Shown here: positions 1-6,624 of the stretch, piece after piece
Position numbering within the stretch: position 1 is the first letter of the stretch
How the letters are laid out: each line of letters starts with the position of its first letter
From: Fictibacillus gelatini DSM 15865
GTDB lineage: Bacteria; Bacillota; Bacilli; Bacillales; Fictibacillaceae
Direction of reading: 5' to 3'
Assembly: GCF_000430745.1 (NCBI RefSeq)
Contig: NZ_AUMP01000047.1
Span: 1 to 18,529, forward strand
DNA length: 18,529 nt
Translations under genes and position numbers: made by a program
The notes under the pieces: model-generated
Seen by the model: only the letters and a program-made list of their open reading frames with translations
Database searches by the model: none
What the model was told of the DNA's origin: nothing

Positions 1-44
1 CTTCACGTGGTGAAGTACCCCCCTTCACGTGGTGAAGTACCCCT
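1..44. repeat. Two tandem copies of a 22-bp iteron-like repeat (CTTCACGTGGTGAAGTACCCCC), each with an internal inverted repeat CTTCAC-GTG-GTGAAG
   Basis: CTTCACGTGGTGAAG at 1-15 and again at 23-37, period 22, followed by TACCCC both times. The array may continue left of the window. Confidence 0.8.
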
Positions 45-460
45 TTTTCCTCTTTATCCTCAAGGTTTTTATAATTCATTGCCTTTAATTCTTCAGTAAT
101 TTTTAAGATCGTGTATTTGTTGGAAAGATTTTGGTCACCAGTTTTTCTTATGGTTACCTTAATTAGTGCTTTCTCTTCAAGTTTCTTTAATGATGATCTC
201 ACTTTGTTTTCGCTACATACGGCGAGTTGCGCTAATCTTTTTATACTTGGCCACCCTTCTTTAGAGTTAAAATTAGCAAATCTCTTCAGAACGATATAAA
301 CCATTTTTTCATAAATATCACTAAAAATAAGTGAGTCAATAACAGCGTGTTCCAGAAATACAAAATTAACCTCGTTTTGATCTTCAACTTCTATGTGATC
401 GGGTTGATCTACAAATTCTATATTTCTTTTGGAACTTGTGATATAATTTTCTTCAGACAT
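1..460 (-). CDS. Helix-turn-helix replication-initiator-like protein, 3' end truncated by the left window edge (MSEENYITSSKRNIEFVDQPDHIEVEDQNEVNFVFLEHAVIDSLIFSDIYEKMVYIVLKRFANFNSKEGWPSIKRLAQLAVCSENKVRSSLKKLEEKALIKVTIRKTGDQNLSNKYTILKI...)
   Basis: Open frame read by eye on the minus strand from ATG at 458-460 to the window edge with no stop. AAGGA-type RBS just upstream. The protein has the winged-HTH pattern (YxxLKRFANxxxKEGWPSIKRLAQLxxxSENKVRxSLKKLEEKxLI) typical of DnaD/RepA-like plasmid and phage initiators. Not in the ORF track, probably because it is open-ended. Confidence 0.75.
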   Translation of the reverse strand, partial: MSEENYITSSKRNIEFVDQPDHIEVEDQNEVNFVFLEHAVIDSLIFSDIYEKMVYIVLKRFANFNSKEGWPSIKRLAQLAVCSENKVRSSLKKLEEKALIKVTIRKTGDQNLSNKYTILKITEELKAMNYKNLEDKEEKGVLHHVKGGTSPRE

Positions 461-514
461 TAAATTAGCCGTCCTTTCTTTTAGATTTCGTCGTCTAAAG
501 GGAGGGCTTTTTTT

Positions 515-697
515 TTACTTTTTTCCTCTCTCTTCAAGCCACTTAATAACTTCGCTTTTTTGATATCGGAGTGCTTTTCCACTTCCGATATGAGGCATTC
601 CTTCCTGACGCCAACGATAAGCTGTTGCTTTTCCAATTTTTAACCATTCACATAATTCGGATTGTGTTAATAGTTCTTCATCAAATTTTTCAACCAT
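515..697 (-). CDS. Small excisionase/MerR-type helix-turn-helix DNA-binding protein (MVEKFDEELLTQSELCEWLKIGKATAYRWRQEGMPHIGSGKALRYQKSEVIKWLEERGKK)
   Basis: ORF; start ATG at 697 behind GGGAGGTGCATTA; characteristic LTQSELCEWLKIGKATAYRWRQEGMP...LRYQKSEVIKWLEE HTH_17 pattern. Confidence 0.85.
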   Translation of the reverse strand: MVEKFDEELLTQSELCEWLKIGKATAYRWRQEGMPHIGSGKALRYQKSEVIKWLEERGKK

Positions 698-959
698 TAA
701 TGCACCTCCCTTTTGATCTCTATTGATAACTAATGAACCCCACTGATTACATTTTAGCTTCAATGGAAACAATTATCAAGGTTATTTGTGGAAAATAAGA
801 GGAAAGACCTACCACCTTTTTTTGAACATGACTAAATTCCTAAATTTCAGACACAGGAACATACGTTTCTATTATAACACTTTGGTTTAAATTTTAAAGG
901 ACAATGGCGCTCGGGAAAAGTACTATAATTTTCTAGTACCGAACTAGTGCTCGTCCAAT

Positions 960-1150
960 CAAACTCCCCACCCCCTCAACCTTTGAGGGGCACACTCGCC
1001 GTTTGGCGTTAAGGCGTGTCGGGAAAAAACGCCCTCCATCGCCTTTGGCTCTCCAGTGTTGGTGCAGTACCCACGCCGGGCGTCAACCCTAAAGGGTTCT
1101 CCACTGCGTTCCGACCTGCTGTCGCAGGTGACTGGCTGATTAGCGTTCTT
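960..1150. other. GC-rich, hairpin-dense non-coding region (candidate structured RNA on the minus strand, or replication/single-strand origin)
   Basis: CCCCTCAA-CCT-TTGAGGGG (972-990), ACCTGC-TGTC-GCAGGT (1114-1129), AACCC-TAAA-GGGTT (1085-1098), GCAGT/ACTGC (1064-1068/1103-1107), ACGCCC/GGGCGT (1029-1034/1078-1083), the last followed on the minus strand by T6. Confidence 0.5.
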
Positions 1151-1365
1151 TCTTAAATAGGTTTTTGGCCGGATTTTAAAATAGGACAATTTAGCACATA
1201 CCATAATTTAACTGCTGAAAAATCAAAACTCATTTATCTTTAACTAAGCCTAAAATCTATTTAAAATAAGTTAAGACAAGCTATAATTAAATTGATTCTA
1301 TTTTCAATTCAGATCGTATGTGATTGAGTAAGAGTAAAAAACGATTGAGGGAAGATGGTGAAAAA

Positions 1366-2193
1366 ATGGACAATGGAAAATGGCGCCCTATTGGAGAAGT
1401 CGCAAAGCTTCATGACATTACCGTCCCCCGGCTTCGATTATGGTGTGATAAAGGTCTTGTTGAATATGATAAACGTTCCAACTCGCGCTATATTCCAGAC
1501 TACGAATGGAAAAAAATAGAGAAAATCAAAAAAATGTTTGACCAAGGTGAAAAAAATGGAACAAAAGTAACCTTTGATGATGTAAGAACGGAACTGGTGA
1601 AAGACCAATTGTTGGAACAAAAAGAGGAAGATCAGGAGCAAAAGAAAGCTGATCGGATGATGAAAATTGCTTTAGAGCGTATGTTAAACGACAGCATTAA
1701 GGCTTCCTTTGAAGAAATCGCCGCCGGGTTCATACAAATAAAAGAAAACATGTCGGAGATCCAAGAGCAGCTTAAAAATCCTCTTCATGTAGAAGATAAA
1801 CAGGCTCAAGCCCGATTCGATCAAGTGGATATGCAGCTAAAAGCGATGGCGAGCATGATTGAACGGTTAGAGAGGGAAAAAGAAGAGGAAGCGCGCCGCC
1901 GCAAAGCTGCAGAGGAGCGAATCCAAGAGTTAACCGATCTCTTTCGCACTTACGTTGAATCCAACTCCGCCCTGGGCAAGAAAAAAACATCCTCGGAAGA
2001 GGATGAAATGAAAGTTCAAGTGACCAAGATCATGCTACGGGATGAAGCCGAAAACCTTTGGCGGCAAAAGCCGGCCACCGAACGGCAGAAAAAATCCGGA
2101 TGGTTCGGAAAGGAAGAAGACCTAGAAAAGAAAGATCGGTTTATTGCCGATTACATTGAGGCGCATCTAAACAAACGTTTAAGAAACGAGTAA
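1366..2193 (+). CDS. MerR-like N-terminal HTH plus long coiled-coil protein (RacA-like architecture), possible plasmid segregation/anchoring or regulatory factor
   Basis: ORF; N-term WRPIGEVAKLHDITVPRLRLWCDKGLVEYDKRSNSRYIPDYEWKKIEKIKKM resembles MerR-type HTH; residues ~100-220 are Glu/Lys/Arg-rich heptad-like coiled coil. TTG at 1324 is a possible alternative start, but ATG 1366 has a GGTG upstream. Confidence 0.7.
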   Translation: MDNGKWRPIGEVAKLHDITVPRLRLWCDKGLVEYDKRSNSRYIPDYEWKKIEKIKKMFDQGEKNGTKVTFDDVRTELVKDQLLEQKEEDQEQKKADRMMKIALERMLNDSIKASFEEIAAGFIQIKENMSEIQEQLKNPLHVEDKQAQARFDQVDMQLKAMASMIERLEREKEEEARRRKAAEERIQELTDLFRTYVESNSALGKKKTSSEEDEMKVQVTKIMLRDEAENLWRQKPATERQKKSGWFGKEEDLEKKDRFIADYIEAHLNKRLRNE

Positions 2194-2226
2194 CTAGCAC
2201 TCTTAAGGGGGCCAGCAAAACGAGGA

Positions 2227-2967
2227 TTAGAATTTCCTTAATGTCTGGCGTTCCCCTTTTATGAATTCGATTAATCTTTCGTCCAGTTTCTCTAAATCGA
2301 AATACCGCTGAAATGAACTGGAGTAAATCCAATCAATTATCCGTTCTTTTGCAATGACTTTAATACATCCTTCAGAACAAGCTCTTTCCGTTTTCCCAGT
2401 AAATGGCCAATTGGGGCTGATTGTAAAATAATCGCCTCCGTCTTTGCTAGACATTTTCTTGGAACAGTTTCCGCAAGTAAATCCCCAGACTTTATTTATA
2501 TTGAACCTTTTTCTTTTGATATTCAAACCCTCAAAAGGAACTAGATACTTATCTTTGTTCTCAGGATCACTTAAAAAACGCCTACTCATATAATTGTCTT
2601 GATTCTCTTCCTCTATAAATTCATCCAAACCATTTAGTTTGATTGTTTTTAATAATTCATTTGCAATAAATTCCATTTGTTTTGTGCTTAGTAATGTTCC
2701 TTGTCCATTGTGAAAGGTTAAATATTCCTCGCCATTTTCACTCATCAAAATTGTCGGAACAATAGCGTTCATTCTCATGCCATCTACAAATTTTTGTAAT
2801 TCTGAAGGGGTGTATTCTGGTAAATGCTCCAATCTATGTTTTTTAATACAAGAAAGGCATACATGTATATATTTACCGAAGCTTTTTATATAAGAATTTG
2901 GACGTTCAATTGTTTTAGTTAAAGCATGCAAATGCCCGCAATAGGCGCACCATTTTGCTTTTTCCAT
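2227..2967 (-). CDS. Hypothetical protein with Cys-rich zinc-binding clusters (CAYCGH..., CLSC, CGNCSKKM)
   Basis: ORF; start ATG 2967 with AAGGAGGACAATT RBS; CxxC pairs at the N-terminus and mid-protein. Confidence 0.8.
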   Translation of the reverse strand: MEKAKWCAYCGHLHALTKTIERPNSYIKSFGKYIHVCLSCIKKHRLEHLPEYTPSELQKFVDGMRMNAIVPTILMSENGEEYLTFHNGQGTLLSTKQMEFIANELLKTIKLNGLDEFIEEENQDNYMSRRFLSDPENKDKYLVPFEGLNIKRKRFNINKVWGFTCGNCSKKMSSKDGGDYFTISPNWPFTGKTERACSEGCIKVIAKERIIDWIYSSSFQRYFDLEKLDERLIEFIKGERQTLRKF

Positions 2968-3011
2968 AATTGTCCTCCTTATAGACTGACCAATCAAATA
3001 AAAGAGTGTCT

Positions 3012-3686
3012 TTAGCCTAAGCTGCTGTGATACAAAAAGGCCTCATCATGATACAGTAATTCATATAAACATAGCTCGATGTATAAGAAATCGGCGATGT
3101 TGTGCCAGTTTGCTTTCTCTTTCACATGCTGCACAATATAATGGGGCAGCGAGGTAAAGATTTTTTCCTGTTCATTCGTTTCGTATTTAGGAAAACGGTA
3201 ATTCATTCCCTTTAAAACCGCGTAAGAGATTAACCCATTGGCCGTGATAAAGTGCTTCTCGCAGTAGGTGAGCAGCTTCTCGTGACAGTCACGATTCAAA
3301 AAGATCAGCGCTTTTTCGCTTTCTGTCTCCCCATGCTTTCGTAAAAGAAAATGGTCATCGGGCAGCGTTTCCAATTGATCGGAAAGGATGTAGCCTAGCA
3401 TTTGATTACGGCTCATTTCGTACTGTTCCGCTAAATAAGTTAAGCGAATAATAAGGGATTCCGGCGCTTTGCACATAATCGACTTTTTTTCTAATATGTA
3501 TTTGTTTTCCAAGTTAATCATATCAACAACCGTTCGCTCTGTTTTCATGCAAAAAGGCAGTAAAAACAAGATTCCGGCGGGCTTGCTCAAGTTTAAATTG
3601 AACCTCAATTGATCGAGCCTTTCGTGTGCTTTCGCTGAAAGCCTCACTTCAAGGCTCCCTGTATTTCCTCGATTAATTTTTGGCAT
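3012..3686 (-). CDS. Putative tandem ribbon-helix-helix-like DNA-binding protein
   Basis: ORF with GGAG upstream; four consecutive beta-alpha-alpha-like segments (EVRLSAKAHERLDQLRFNLNLSKPAGILF / IMCKAPESLIIRLTYLAEQYEMSRNQMLGYIL / LIFLNRDCHEKLLTYCEKHFITANGLISYAVL / IFTSLPHYIVQHVKEKANWHNIADFLYIEL). Confidence 0.7.
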   Translation of the reverse strand: MPKINRGNTGSLEVRLSAKAHERLDQLRFNLNLSKPAGILFLLPFCMKTERTVVDMINLENKYILEKKSIMCKAPESLIIRLTYLAEQYEMSRNQMLGYILSDQLETLPDDHFLLRKHGETESEKALIFLNRDCHEKLLTYCEKHFITANGLISYAVLKGMNYRFPKYETNEQEKIFTSLPHYIVQHVKEKANWHNIADFLYIELCLYELLYHDEAFLYHSSLG

Positions 3687-3758
3687 GCTTGTTCTCCATT
3701 CTTTTTACTTTTATTTTTACAGCGAGCGAGCAAAAAAACAATGTTTAAAACCCACTTA

Positions 3759-3784
3759 ATTTTTGAATATTAATATTCAAAAAT
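3759..3784. promoter_or_regulatory. 26-nt perfect palindrome ATTTTTGAATATTAATATTCAAAAAT, likely operator
   Basis: 13-bp arms; overlaps the -35 position of the promoter for the 3852 gene; core TTGAATATTAATATTCAA (3763-3780) recurs in variants near 5 kb. Confidence 0.75.
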
Positions 3785-3804
3785 GGTCGTAGAAATGGTA
3801 TACT
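3776..3804 (+). promoter_or_regulatory. Extended -10 sigma-A promoter (TTCAAA - 17 bp - TGG TATACT)
   Basis: TATACT at 3799-3804 with extended TG at 3796-3797; -35-like TTCAAA at 3776-3781; 48 nt upstream of ATG 3852. Confidence 0.65.
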
Positions 3805-3851
3805 AATAGTAGGAAGATTCAGAGAACACAAGGGTTAAAGGAGGTTCAATT

Positions 3852-4256
3852 ATGATCTGTTCCTATTGCCGTTCGGATAATAAAGGGAATGTGCAGTGTG
3901 ATTTTTGCGGTGCGCCGTTGCGGCAGATACGGCCAAAAGTCAAAAATATGGTCACCCTTGACATGTGCGAGCTGCCGTTTGGCCAACTGATTACGTTTCA
4001 CACCTATGATCTCCTTCTTTTGCTGCGATTAGTCCGCCAAGAACGCACAAACGCGTATGACCTCATGAGAACGGTTCAGAAAGCCCCAGAAGACATTTTA
4101 ATCGATAAAGATACCTTAACCTTCGCAGAGGAACAATACCGCCTGTATACCAAACGTATGAAGGTCATTGAAGGCATTCTCATTGATCGGATGGGATACA
4201 AGCCTAAACGAGTAGATAACCAGTTATTGGCCAAACTCAAAAGCCGACTTGCTTAA
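3852..4256 (+). CDS. Zinc-ribbon-containing hypothetical protein (MICSYCRSDNKGNVQCDFCGAPL...)
   Basis: ORF; RBS AAAGGAGGTTCAATT; CxxC...CxxC zinc ribbon at N-terminus. Confidence 0.85.
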   Translation: MICSYCRSDNKGNVQCDFCGAPLRQIRPKVKNMVTLDMCELPFGQLITFHTYDLLLLLRLVRQERTNAYDLMRTVQKAPEDILIDKDTLTFAEEQYRLYTKRMKVIEGILIDRMGYKPKRVDNQLLAKLKSRLA

Positions 4257-4320
4257 TGATCCGCCTTAAGGCGGGCTGACTTGCCTTTATGGCAATCATT
4301 CAATAATGGAGGAATCCACG

Positions 4321-4998
4321 ATGTCAAACATTCAAATGGCGATTGATGAACTGCATAAAGCGTTTCAAAAGTTAAATAAAGCCTTTTTTCATAATGAATT
4401 GCCGGAGCCTGCGATCACCATTCAATCGAGTGGAAAACGCAAAGCAATGGGTTGGTGCACGTCAAAAGAGGTTTGGAGCGATAAAGAGGGGAAAATCCGG
4501 AAATATGAACTTAATATCGCTGCCGAATTTCTCGATGTTGAATTCATGGAGACAATGGACACGATGCTTCATGAAATGGTTCACCTTTACAACGCCGTTA
4601 ACGGAGTAAAAGACACATCTAGAGGCGGAACGTATCATAATAAGCGCTTCAAAGAAGAAGCCGAACGCCGGGGCTTTTATTTTGAACATGATAAGCCTGA
4701 TGCAAAATACGGTTGGTACAATCCGAAACTAACGGATGAAACGAAAGAAAAAATCCGTAAACTAAAAATCAACGAAAGCGCCTTTTCCATCGCCCGCCGC
4801 GGTGTGATCGTCTCACCAGAGGAAGGAAAGGAAAGAGAAGAGGGAGAAAACGAAGGAGAGGAAAAAAAGCCCAAATCGTTTAAATGGGTTTGTCCCGAGT
4901 GTGGCCTAATCGTTCGATCAACGAAAGACAATATTTTTATTAAATGCGGGGAATGTGATCAAAAAATGGAAAAAGAAGAAAAAGAAATTGAAGATTAA
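4321..4998 (+). CDS. SprT-like metallopeptidase-domain protein with C-terminal zinc ribbon
   Basis: ORF; ATG 4321 behind GGAGGAATCCACG; SprT/Spartan signature HEMVHLYN with downstream GGTYHNKRFKEEAERRG, and C-terminal CPECGL...CGEC zinc ribbon. Confidence 0.9.
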   Translation: MSNIQMAIDELHKAFQKLNKAFFHNELPEPAITIQSSGKRKAMGWCTSKEVWSDKEGKIRKYELNIAAEFLDVEFMETMDTMLHEMVHLYNAVNGVKDTSRGGTYHNKRFKEEAERRGFYFEHDKPDAKYGWYNPKLTDETKEKIRKLKINESAFSIARRGVIVSPEEGKEREEGENEGEEKKPKSFKWVCPECGLIVRSTKDNIFIKCGECDQKMEKEEKEIED

Positions 4999-5137
4999 TC
5001 TTCAATTTTTCACTTGCTCAAGCAGTTGAACATTCGGTTTCAATTGCTCTTTTTTTGAATATTGATATTCAACTCTCGAGTTCATTTTGAATATTAATTC
5101 TCAAAAACTCTTTTTCTTTCTGAATATTAATCTTCAA
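4988..5137. promoter_or_regulatory. Cluster of four operator-like inverted repeats, consensus TTGAAKATTRATMTTCAA
   Basis: TTGAAGATTAATCTTCAA 4988-5005; TTGAATATTGATATTCAA 5055-5072; TTGAATATTAATTCTCAA 5087-5104; CTGAATATTAATCTTCAA 5120-5137. The same 18-mer is at 3763-3780. Confidence 0.7.
5021..5056 (+). terminator. Rho-independent terminator of the SprT-like gene
   Basis: AGCAGTTGAA-N8-TTCAATTGCT stem (one G:U) followed by CT6. Confidence 0.8.
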
Positions 5138-5140
5138 AAA

Positions 5141-5430
5141 ATGAAGGGAGCATTCCCACCTATTTTGCACTGCAAATGGGGGGAGAGCAAGCGCCCCCCA
5201 CCCCGATCAGCGAAGCTGATTACGGGGGGCAGAGATAAAACCGTCTGGCAGACGGTGTAAAAGCCTTGCTACGCAAGGTCTGAAAAGATGGCAGATAGTT
5301 TAATAGTGTATGGCAAACTGTTTTGAATTTAGTTATATCAAGTATTTGAAGTATGGCAAAACAGGATTTAAGTCCTATTTACAGTTTATTACCAATTCCA
5401 TTAAACTAGGGTCATAGACAAAGGGAAGGA
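5141..5430. other. Candidate origin of transfer (oriT) upstream of the RHH/relaxase/T4CP genes
   Basis: Non-coding, consecutive inverted repeats: TGGGGGG/CCCCCCA (5177-5183/5194-5200); CCCCG-ATCAGC-GAA-GCTGAT-TA-CGGGG (5201-5227); ACCGTCTG-G-CAGACGGT (5240-5256); CCTTGC-TAC-GCAAGG (5264-5278). Also direct repeat GTATGGCAAA (5308-5317 and 5351-5360). Located immediately 5' of the mobilisation genes. Confidence 0.6.
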
Positions 5431-5440
5431 GGCGGAAAAT

Positions 5441-5926
5441 TTGGCAGTCAAAGTAAAGGACACGTTCCGAATTGATTCAAAAATTTTAAGCGAATTTAAA
5501 AAACTGTGTGATCAAAAGGAACAAAAATATTCCCATGTCGTTGAGCAGTTAATGGAAATGTACATTCAAAAAGATGGGGAAATGTTGCTCGAAGATTTAT
5601 TTGCCCCTCGGCTAGAGGACATGGTGAAACGAACAATTAGAAAAGAAATTGATCGGGTCGCTGCCATGATTAATGATGTCGATGTGGATGTGAAAGCAAA
5701 TCTCTATTCCATTCCGGCCATGTATGTAAAAAATACAAAAACCATAGAAAAGGTGATTACGAGCTTTTTTCAGCATCAATTAGTCCGGCAGGATGGATTT
5801 TCAACGGTAGATGGTTTCAGCCGTTCCGAAGGAGACGACATGTTGCAGCGTTTTAGACGATTAGCGCGAGAAGACATCAATCAACGGAAAAAAGAGAGAG
5901 CCAAAAAGCGAGATGATGAATTGTAA
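5441..5926 (+). CDS. Ribbon-helix-helix-type relaxosome auxiliary/regulatory protein
   Basis: TTG start with GGAGGCGGAAAA RBS; N-term VKVKDTFRIDSKILSEFKKLCDQKEQKYSHVVEQLMEMYIQ RHH pattern; stop overlaps the ATG of the downstream relaxase gene (TAATG). Confidence 0.8.
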   Translation: MAVKVKDTFRIDSKILSEFKKLCDQKEQKYSHVVEQLMEMYIQKDGEMLLEDLFAPRLEDMVKRTIRKEIDRVAAMINDVDVDVKANLYSIPAMYVKNTKTIEKVITSFFQHQLVRQDGFSTVDGFSRSEGDDMLQRFRRLAREDINQRKKERAKKRDDEL

Positions 5927-6612
5927 TGGCTGGCTTTGTTTCGCATCGTTATCGAAAAAGTTTAGATGACAGCCGAGAACATGTGAAATATATCGCTTTT
6001 CGTTCGAGGGAATTGGCGACCGATCGAGGCGGAGCCTTTGACGCTCAAAGGGATAATGCCGATGTCAAAGCCTTTTTAGATAACTTAGACGATAAGAAAA
6101 CGAGGCATTCCAGTGTCGCTGTTTCGCATTCCCTTTTGTTTTCAATGTCAGGTTGGGAGTGGGAAAAAAGCCATTTTGAGCGCGGCGACTATCAGGAAAT
6201 GATTCGAAATATCATGAAAAATTATGAACTGGACACAGGAAGGAAACTAGAATGGATTGCCGCCGAGCATTGGCATGAAACCCATCCTCATGTGCATGTC
6301 GTTGTCAAAGCCGTTTATCAAGACCGGGACGGCGTACAAAAGCGCCTCAATTTTAGCGAAGAAGACCGGGCGAAATTCAAAGAGCTATTTCAAGAAGAAA
6401 AGAACCGGCTTCGAGGATTTGACCTCGATAAAGAGTTAGAGAGGGAACGAGAGGAGCGCCGTTTGGAATGGGAACGGCAACAGAAGGAAAAAACCAGAAA
6501 CGACTATATCGATGTTTTGTTAAGTGAACTGAAACGGAATATGGAACAAGAACTGCAGCGAGAAGAATACAGACGGCAAATGGCCAAAAATCAGATAGAC
6601 CGTTCACGATAG
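5926..6612 (+). CDS. Small HUH-type relaxase/mobilisation protein
   Basis: Histidine motif HETHPHVHVVVKA with upstream WIAAEHWHE; HSLLFSMSG segment; located between an RHH protein and a T4CP. Confidence 0.8.
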   Translation: MAGFVSHRYRKSLDDSREHVKYIAFRSRELATDRGGAFDAQRDNADVKAFLDNLDDKKTRHSSVAVSHSLLFSMSGWEWEKSHFERGDYQEMIRNIMKNYELDTGRKLEWIAAEHWHETHPHVHVVVKAVYQDRDGVQKRLNFSEEDRAKFKELFQEEKNRLRGFDLDKELEREREERRLEWERQQKEKTRNDYIDVLLSELKRNMEQELQREEYRRQMAKNQIDRSR

Positions 6613-6624
6613 GAGGAGGATAAC

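Noticed and set aside
111-299. 62-aa plus-strand ORF
   Set aside because: Antisense to the clearly protein-like rep/HTH gene on the minus strand; no RBS.
959-1204. 81-aa minus-strand ORF
   Set aside because: Low-complexity peptide with no recognisable domain; overlaps the hairpin-rich region, which explains the sequence better.
1438-1990. Minus-strand ORFs 1438-1641 and 1772-1990
   Set aside because: Antisense shadows of the MerR-like/coiled-coil gene.
4261-4274. CCGCCTTAAGGCGG palindrome as a terminator
   Set aside because: No T tract on either strand, and it lies 47 nt before the SprT start in an apparently co-transcribed pair; role unclear.
4394-4931. ORFs 4394-4609, 4462-4689 and 4677-4931
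   Set aside because: Alternative-frame or antisense shadows of the SprT-like gene.
5240-5256. ACCGTCTGGCAGACGGT resembles the TetR operator ACCGTCTGGACGGT at 15566-15579
   Set aside because: Spacing differs (overlapping arms versus 6-2-6) and the former sits in a hairpin series of the putative oriT; shared ACCGTCTGG is probably coincidental.
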